NCBI GenBank assembly: GCA_023515725.1
Contig: JALDTO010000156.1
Location: 63,182-127,181, forward strand
Length of the DNA: 64,000 nucleotides
Source: Amoeboaphelidium protococcarum X5
Taxonomy: Eukaryota; Fungi; Aphelidiomycota
Direction: 5' to 3'
Under the pieces are notes generated by a model. The model had not been told where the DNA came from. It saw only the letters and a program-made list of their open reading frames with translations, and ran no database searches. Shown piece by piece: positions 55,181 through 64,000 of this stretch (positions within the stretch are counted from its first letter, which is position 1; the number at the start of each line of letters is the position of its first letter). The translations under genes were made by a program, and so were the position numbers.

Positions 55181-57254
55181 TCACTCACAATCCATGTGTT
55201 GGCAACCTTCTTCAGCCTCCATATCATCTTCGACTGGATTACGGTCATCCTGAGGCGCTACTAAGCTCGCGACAAAACTAGTAAGCTCTTCATACTATGA
55301 AGGTATCAGTGCTAATCGCGCATTCACACTTGATAATTATTCAGTACTCAGCTAAATAACTTTCCTGTCATTTAAATCTTTAAGCATCAATCCATCTTTT
55401 ATGGTTAAGCTTTTCATAATATCGTTAACAGTAGAGTTCAATTGAGTATCGTTGGATGTAATTTTTAAGAATTCCAAATATAGTGACTTGATTGCACTAT
55501 TTACCGAGAGACTTCCACACTACTCGAATACAGTTTACACATTGCTATCTAATAGATGGCTTTGATTATTAAGCAGCAGAACACGTAGAATCTGAGCCAT
55601 GGTGTCATCCTCGATATTCGTAACACCATTAATGATTAAGACCAAGACTTCTTCATTGAAGGTTTAACGTGTCTATTCTTGCTCAAGTAAAGCGATACAT
55701 ACTTCAACAGTCAATTCTCTAATTTAAGAGGCAACGTTCTCAAGATTAGACTTGATCATAGAGAGTAAATTGGACTTTAACTACTCAAAATCGATACACT
55801 GCTACACCTGCTTATCATTAAGAAGATCTTTAATCACTATTAACGACTTTATACACGCACTTTCATCAAGCTAACCAGAAGAAGCAGCTGAAATCAGTCT
55901 TTTAAATAGACTCATACTATGAACACCTTAAACCATTATAACTGATTAAGCAATATTGTAAAAGTTAATTGATGCTTCAGATTAACTAATACCGCCGCCA
56001 GCATCCCAAAAGCGGTCTAAAAAGTCACAGACAGGCTACTCTAGCTGTAATAGCAACTTTGGGATCTTTTAACAAATAGCCATTAACTGGGCTACTGAAT
56101 GACAGTTAGAGCCGTCCAAGGCGCGTTATACTAGAGCTGTAAGCAAATGCTACATCAGCAGGTAAAGTCCATTATGGTTTAAAAAAACCTACATAGCAAC
56201 TCCATCTGCGAACACACTCTACAGCACAGTTACAATATCCGCATCATTGCAAGAATCATCAGAGTTCTCAAATTACTCGAAATACTATAATAAAGTCTAT
56301 GTGTCATTGCAATGAGGCAATACAGCAGTCGCCAACCTAGTATTACGCCAATTACTAACAACATAATCGTGTGCCAAATCCCTCTAAAATCCACTCTAAT
56401 AAAGACGTTAGATCACTCTGCAAGCGGTCAGCCAAACCATTCGATCACGTTGATTACTTAACTGTAGTAAATAGTGATAACAGACAAGATCCATGCAAGA
56501 TTAAAGGACATCTGGAAGCACCAGGGAAAACACTTTGACGCAGTCTAGAAGCTAATTCCAGGGACTGGAAGGCTATAGCTTCAGTAGTCTATCAAAGTTG
56601 TCTCTAAACATCTTCAACAATAGATCTAGATAGAATGCAACATCATCATGTCCAGAATTGAAGAATTATGCTAACAAAATGATGCTCGTATGCGAGGCCT
56701 ACATATTTAATGGTCGAACTCAGCTTTATAATTAACGAATGATAAATATACCTAAAACTTGTCGCTGCAGCAGGTCAGAAATGCTCTATCTACCAATTTC
56801 ATGGTAATGTGTGCCATATCTTCTGTATAGAACGCGCAATCTGGCATCAAGTCTATAACAACTTCCTGATGAGTAACAGTGTATTCGTTAAATCCATCAT
56901 ACTCTACGCTCAGTTTGTCAACAAGTAATTGACCGACATCAATAGAACGCGTTTTGATATAAAGCTACTTGCATACTTGAACTCCGATGACATAAAATCG
57001 CTTGTCGGTACTTTGTAACAGAGTCTACAAGAAATTGTTAAGTATAACGGTATCATGGCTAGATAAACGTTTACTTTCAAATGATCTAACACGCGTTCCA
57101 TATCGGGATATGCTTCACGATCTATAGCCAATTGCATCCATTGTGAAATCTTGTCCTGAGCAGAATCTTCTAGAGCAGTTACAGTGTTGGCATTTAGAGC
57201 ACTCAGCTTCAGCAGAGCTTCTTCCAACGTTAACGTGTTTGACAAATCAGACAT
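55181..57254 (-). CDS. Hypothetical helical (ARM/HEAT-like) protein, probably two introns
   Basis: Long Leu-rich code-6 frames joined by GT-AG introns near 57020-57075 and 56700-56750; acidic C-terminus. Confidence 0.55.
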
Positions 57255-57336
57255 AGGAACTTTGAGATTAGTTGATGGATAAAGATTTCAATGAAGATAG
57301 AAAGGCGGCAAGCTTTAAAAATCATCAATTATATGT

Positions 57337-60183
57337 TCAAAATTCATACCACTTCTTTTCTGCCTATTATCGATTGTACTCCCTGGCTCTTGCAAGAAAA
57401 TCCTCAGAACTAGTGGCAAGATTGGCAAATTTACTTTCTAGATTCTATAATCTCTCTCCGCGTTCATTTAAAGCGTTCTAAGCGTTAGCAAATGCATTGT
57501 CTCCACGTACTTGCGTCTCCGATTCGGGATCGATTGGTGGTAGCTCCTTATCACGTGTTTATCTACTTATTACAGAATCGTTGGTAAAGTTTGGAGGAAA
57601 ATCTACAATGGCAAATTACAATAATATAGCAGTGCCGGATATTAAAACTTACAGTGATCTATTAGAAGCTTGACTTGATCTGACCATTGAGAGTCATTGA
57701 CCACATCATCTCCTTTGAAAGCTCTTTTCATAGTCTCCATTAAAGATGTCTTCTTATCCGGAACGACTCTATTAGGAAATGTAATCAAAGGATCGTGATA
57801 TTAAGCGACAGGCTGGCTTCTTGATGCGAATGACGGAATAACTTGTAGAGCATCATACAGCGCAAAAAATCGACCATCCTTGCACGCCGACAACAAGCCA
57901 TTAGATTGAAACTCAAATTCACATCCTCTACACATTGCTAGTATAATCACGCGATTTAAATCCCGTTAATCGAGTTGAATAATCTTACCTCAGCCGTTGA
58001 TCTAGTTAGGAAACTACGGCAGACTATTAAATTTAAAGCTCCCAGCAAATCAGTCGAAGTTTATCGGTCAATATCAACAATACATCAAGATTATTAATAT
58101 GATACACTCTAGCATGAGAGCATTACTCATTTTCGTGTAATTGAAGAGATTGTTCAAGGAGTAAATCGCCAGTTATAGAGTTACACAGTTAAAACTAGGT
58201 ACAACTGATCAGTGCTAGTACGGCAGTATTTTTATCCAGTGAACTTTTACTCTTCTTGCTCATAGACTTTTAATCAGGCTTGGAGTAATGCTGTAATATC
58301 TCACACGATTGCCATTAATGTCCAGCATCAGCACTAATGATTACTTCACAAGTATAGCAATTATCAAGATCGTCACCTCTGCTAATCTTAAGAACAGATC
58401 CGTCAGAGCATGTGCATATCACTATTATTGAACCAGTATCATTGGATTAACAACAGCTGGTTATGGACACGTTCTCAGACGGAAGTCTACCAACGTACAA
58501 AACTTCTAATGAAGTCAAATAAATTAAACTTATCACAGCGTCATCACTTTAAGAAAAGAAGTGACCATCAATTAACCAACAGCGAGTGAGATTTTACTAT
58601 CCTTCCATCTAGTGAACTTTTATAGCAATAACTGATTTGACTCCAAACGCATCAATTGTCGGTGATTCCACATTCACAATCTCAATCTGACTTTTAGATA
58701 AATTGACAGTCTGTAAAGCATTAAGATCAAAGCAGTTGATCAAGAATATAGTTCCATCCTCATGTACAGATATGATCCCAGACCCAAAAGGATACAATTG
58801 TGTAAGTCGCCCGCTATCAGACAGCGTACATTTTAGACTCTGATTGAGCAATAGAGACCCAGATGCAGTATTCTCATACAAATAGCAACTAAGTATTCCT
58901 GACGCAGTTCCCAGACATATTCGAACATTAAACACCTCAGAGGCATCAGCATCAATATCAACAGATGGTAAACTTGACGCGCTAATACATGAGCAAGTCA
59001 CGTCTTGCGTATTTAAAATCTATTGTAGACCAGATTAGTTCTGAAAGGACTCAAACTTAGCAGCATTAAAGTCAAATTGCAACAAATTCTCTGCTCGCGT
59101 AAGGGATATTAAAGCAGGCGGAGATTTTTCTAACGCGTAATTAGCACCGAGAGTAAAGAGGCCCACCGCACTTAAAGATTCAGTTAATTCAATGGTCTAC
59201 TCCTTTCTAACCATTTTGAAGTCTTTATCAAATGTCTTTACCTTCAAAATCTGATTCTAACTCTATTAACAGACAGACCACATGATTAAAGAGTATCGGT
59301 CATCTGAATCAACAGGCAACCACCATACGTTAGTCAGAATTTAATTTCCAGTACCATTAGAAGGAGCTACTACATCCGATTCCCATAATACAGAGTTGGC
59401 ATTCCGAGATGAGATGATTCGAATGAGAGAATTGGAATACACGCAACAAAGGTAACGTCCGTCATTTGTCAAAGCACAGTCTACCAAGCTACAGTTCTCT
59501 TACTTGCAGATAAAAGTGCAAAGAGCAGCCTTTGAGTTTAAGTCAAAGGACACAATACCACCGTGGGAGTAGGCGACGAATATTATACTCGCAAAATGAG
59601 GATGACATAGAATCTTCAAAACTGACTCCGGCGTTTCCACCAAGCATGGCACTTGATAAACAGAACTAATAGAACCATTATCGCCATTCATGACCACGAC
59701 ACTTCCGCTCACAGTACCCAAGAGCACCAGCGGAGACTTTGGCGCCAGTTCAATGCACGTAATCTTGTCTGTAACATCACATTGTTCATAATCAGGTATC
59801 TGCTTTATCAAGTTCCAACCAATCACTTCATTGTCAGTGTTGATGGATATGAGCAATCCTTGATTCTATTAGAATTTTAAAAACTTTATCGCAGATCCAG
59901 AAGATTGAGCATCGTTGGTGTATGCTGATAAGTAAGTGTAATCGCCATCCTTATTAATGAGTAGAATTTCACCTTTAAAAGTTCCTAAAGCCAGAACGTT
60001 CTAGCAGCAATCGTAATCAAAGCAGGTTATAGCTGATAGGAGACCCAATCTAAGCAGTTCCACAAGCTCAAATTGCCGAATGACGCTCAGATTCTCCTCT
60101 TAGATATTCACAGAGCCATTTGAAGTCTTATGCTTATCCACTACCCCTGCAGCCAACTTCTTTAATTTCTTAACGATGCCCAT
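57337..60183 (-). CDS. Tomosyn/Sro7/Lgl-family WD40 protein with C-terminal R-SNARE
   Basis: FDYDCCQNVLALGT N-terminal motif, WD-like repeats, ALNERGERLQNLESK...AEKKWYEF; 948 aa. Confidence 0.9.
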
Positions 60184-60318
60184 TGTTGCTCATGTATAAG
60201 GCAATGTTTAGAAATACTGAAACTAAAGAAAAGAATGTAAAGCTACAACCGTACAGTACTGTAAGATGAACAAGTAATATATTCAAATAAACTCACTTAA
60301 TAGAGCTGTACATTTGAA

Positions 60319-60334
60319 GGTGTTTAAAAACACC
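60319..60334 (-). terminator. Histone mRNA 3' stem-loop (H4 copy 2)
   Basis: Same 16-mer as in the other histone genes. Confidence 0.8.
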
Positions 60335-60368
60335 ATTGTGCGATAATGAAAAATCGTAGTGAGAGTTT

Positions 60369-60848
<480 letters not shown>

Positions 60849-61086
60849 TCAAGCCTCACGGAAAACACGACGGTGGCCGCGCTGTTTGAGGCTTCTGAAA
60901 CGAAAAGTGGAACTGGCACGGCTAAAACGCTCGCTTCGTCTGTTTGGAATGAACCACCACGGACGGAAAGTGTCTCAAGCGATAAAAGCCGCCCGTCGCC
61001 TCGTCCGTTTCTCTTCTCCTCTTTGCAGTTTTTGTTATTACAATAATCCTTTTACTTACTCGCACAAATCCTAAAGACATTTCAAG

Positions 61087-61494
<408 letters not shown>

Positions 61495-61534
61495 ACTCTT
61501 TGAGTCTTTTTATCTCATTTATTGAATGTAAAAT

Positions 61535-61550
61535 GGTGTTTTTAAACACC
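61535..61550 (+). terminator. Histone mRNA 3' stem-loop (H3 copy 2)
   Basis: GGTGTT-TTTA-AACACC 40 nt after the stop. Confidence 0.8.
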
Positions 61551-61672
61551 TTCACTATGCACTATTATTGTAATGTATTGTGAAATGAAATATTATGTGC
61601 TCATTTGGACACTGTTCTAGAGTTATAGAACATGTTGTTAAAGCTGGGCACTAGAGTAAATGTCTTTATCTA

Positions 61673-61726
61673 TGACTCAGTCCGATAGTCAGTTTGTATA
61701 TACAAACTGACTATCGGACTGAGTCA
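61673..61726. repeat. Perfect 54-bp palindrome
   Basis: tgactcagtccgatagtcagtttgtat|atacaaactgactatcggactgagtca; 27-bp arms, no spacer. Confidence 0.97.
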
Positions 61727-62192
61727 GTCTACAAAAAAAATAACATTTACTCAATTTTATTTTTTCAAAAGCTCAATTAAAAATAAAAATAATCGCGGGT
61801 TTTTAAAATGTTAAGAATCTCAAAACCACCCTCCACCAACCAAAATTTTCATTCTTTAAAAATATAAAAAAACAAGTTTATAAAAAAAAAAAAAGAAGTA
61901 ATAGTTTTGATTTTATACTATATAATATTTTGGTTGGTTTGGTTGGTTTAGTTGGTTGTTAAAATATTAAAGTATTAAAGGAGAAAAAAGTTCCTACTAC
62001 ACCTTTCACTTCCGGGGAAATGATTTTTAGTAGCCCCCAACCAAAAAAAAAACCTCCAAGTAAACCAACCAAACTTTTAAGGAGTAAAATACTACTACTA
62101 CACCTTTCATTCACAGTAATAAAAAAAGCCCCGCAGTAAATTTACTACGGGTTTGTCATTGTGTTGAGGTTGGTGTGGGTTGTGTTATTGTG

Positions 62193-64000
62193 TCATTGTG
62201 TTTACTAAAATTGTATTTCTATAAGCCTCACTCCATTTGTTGTTCGTGTTATTTTGGTATTAATACCTTTTACTTTGCTCATCTTTCTAAAAAACCAACC
62301 ACGTTCTTCAACTTTGTATTTCAAATTGTAAGTTTTGATATATGACTCGTAAAAATCGTAAAGTTGTGCCTTGGTCATTTTCAATGTCTGGTTTTAATTG
62401 TCCATTGAACTAATCAAATCTTATCTTTACTTCTCGTCAATTTAATCTCCATACATACAGCTATTCAACATCTCTACAAATTCCGTCTTGAGACTATGAA
62501 AAAACTTTGATACACTTGTGCTTTCAATCTAAACTTCTTCCTTTTCAGTAGTATTAAAACACTGTCTTGGATTAAAACTTGTTGTGTCATAATTGTATAG
62601 ATAACTAAACACTTTTTATTAGTAGTCTTCAGCTTGTATCTTTTCAATCCTTTCACTAAGTTATTCTTTTGTTAAAATTTGGTCAACCTTAAACACATTA
62701 AAACGTCTATCGCTTTGTTCGATTCTAACAGGCAAGTATTCGTTACTAGTAATTACAAAGTTATTCAGATTATTGGTTCTAAATATCTGTTTACCTTTAC
62801 TTTCAATACTCATACGTGGATTGGTAATAGCGTCCTTTAAAGTCTAATTGAATCCCTTATGACCGGCTGATATTTCTTCCAAGAGTATCAGTAGTTTCTA
62901 GTCCCTCGTATCATTAAACCGTGAAAAAACAGATTCCATATTACTTGTCTAGTAAAAGAATTGAGGTAGAAGTTTTTCTCCAATATATTGACTCACACAA
63001 GATTTACCAGTTCCTTGAGTATCGGAAAACAGTATGATACAAGTCTCATTTTTATTACCTTTACATACGTTGGCGTACCATTTCATTAAAAACTCAAATC
63101 TTTCTTAATCACCTTGAGCTTAGTTCATTACAAGGTCAATGAATTCTTGAATCTCACTTGAATTTACTTGTAAATTAGTAGGATGTGTAAATCCTGGAAA
63201 AGTATTGATTTCGTTATCTTTTAAAAGCTGTTGATTTGGTTGAAACACTCTATCCTTTTACTTTATAATCATCTTGTTTCTAAGTTGTTGGTAAAATTTA
63301 TCACAATTTACTAAATGTTCAAACACCTAAGAATCTTCATTCACTTCTTTGTAAAATTTGGATTTTGTCAAAAAAGAATTGAGATAACCTTATTCTGAGT
63401 CTTCAATCCAAAAGGCGTCATCGTTCTTGTAGAATAAGATACCTCCACTAATACAAAATCTATCGCCATAAAGTTCTATGAATTTGTCTGCCATTTTGAA
63501 AAAGTTATACTCTTTCTCTTCGTTCTACTCTTCTTCATTGTAGTCCCTGAAACTGTGTTCAAAAGGCTTTATCTTGAGTTCAAGATATTTCAAGTCGTAT
63601 ATTTCACTGATTTTCTTAACTACACTCTAAATGTCAGCTTACAACTACTCTTCCGTTTTCTTGTGTTTGTCTACTAAAAATCCGTCATGAATCAAGACGT
63701 CTACATTGTAGTGTAAGGCTGTAAACTCTTCTTGTAATTTCATCAACAATTTTCTTTCATAGTGATTTACTACGCTTGAAAACTTGGTCAAGTTTGATTC
63801 TTCTTTATATTTTCTAGTAATGAATTTGAATTGTTGGAAGTTTACAATGGAATTTCTAATATTGTCAACCTCACTTTTAAAGTCTTTCAAACAACTAAAA
63901 TCTCCCTCAATCTCCTCATTTCCCTTTAAACTCATACCGTTTAATACTCCAAGTATAGCAGCTTTACACTAGTACGGTTCCAAATGTTAATTGTCATCTT
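62193..64000 (-). CDS. TVpol-like (family-A-related) polymerase/primase fused to SF3 (D5/DUF5906-like) helicase, 5'-partial
   Basis: ~600 codons open in code 6. KAAILGVLNG...NHYERKLL...VLIHDGFLV...LKIKPF, then INTFPGF, FLMKWYA, Walker A SDTQGTGKS, SRFN, Walker B LILLEE, ITSN, SDRRF, and a wHTH-like tail. Confidence 0.85.

Larger units (their letters stand above)
61650..64000 (-). mobile_element. End of an AT-rich virus-like or self-replicating mobile element (continues beyond the window)
   Basis: Abrupt shift to AT-rich, homopolymer-rich sequence after the palindrome; intronless replication-protein ORF. Confidence 0.75.

Noticed and set aside
55095-55190. Splice fusion of the ARM-like gene to the HLH gene via GTGAGT...TTGCAG
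   Set aside because: The joined frame reaches TGA after ~9 codons and is out of frame with the HLH.
61930-61960. TTGGTT repeats as a chromosome telomere
   Set aside because: Short, irregular and internal; better treated as part of the element's subterminal region.

Overview
Gene-dense eukaryotic nuclear DNA that uses a non-standard code: TAA/TAG = Gln and TGA is the only stop (table 6). This is why the supplied standard-code ORF track is fragmented. Invariant Gln residues of histone H3 (TAG) and the Ulp1 oxyanion Gln (TAA) show this directly. The fungal/opisthokont-like gene set, short GT-AG introns and this code fit an aphelid such as Amoeboaphelidium (inference). Re-translation by hand gives about 33 host genes, including a long metallothionein, DCTN4, a PUFA elongase, chorismate synthase, EB1, an NME6-like NDK, UTP20, a GT61, two GnT-I, Ulp1, RasGEF, haspin, patatin, DnaJ, TSPO, PNPO, tomosyn and two H3-H4 pairs. 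Highlights: (1) the last ~2.3 kb is an AT-rich foreign-looking element with an intact, host-code-adapted TVpol-like polymerase/SF3 helicase ORF, bounded by a perfect 54-bp palindrome; (2) all four histone genes end in an identical animal-type 6-bp-stem/4-nt-loop element, the H3s lack one tail alanine, and the pairs form a 1.3-kb inverted repeat around three genes; (3) there is an in-frame TGA two codons before the catalytic His of the NDK; (4) a decayed gag + integrase element and a paired-palindrome repeat are present. Family calls come from motif recognition only, with no database searches. Coordinates were counted by hand.
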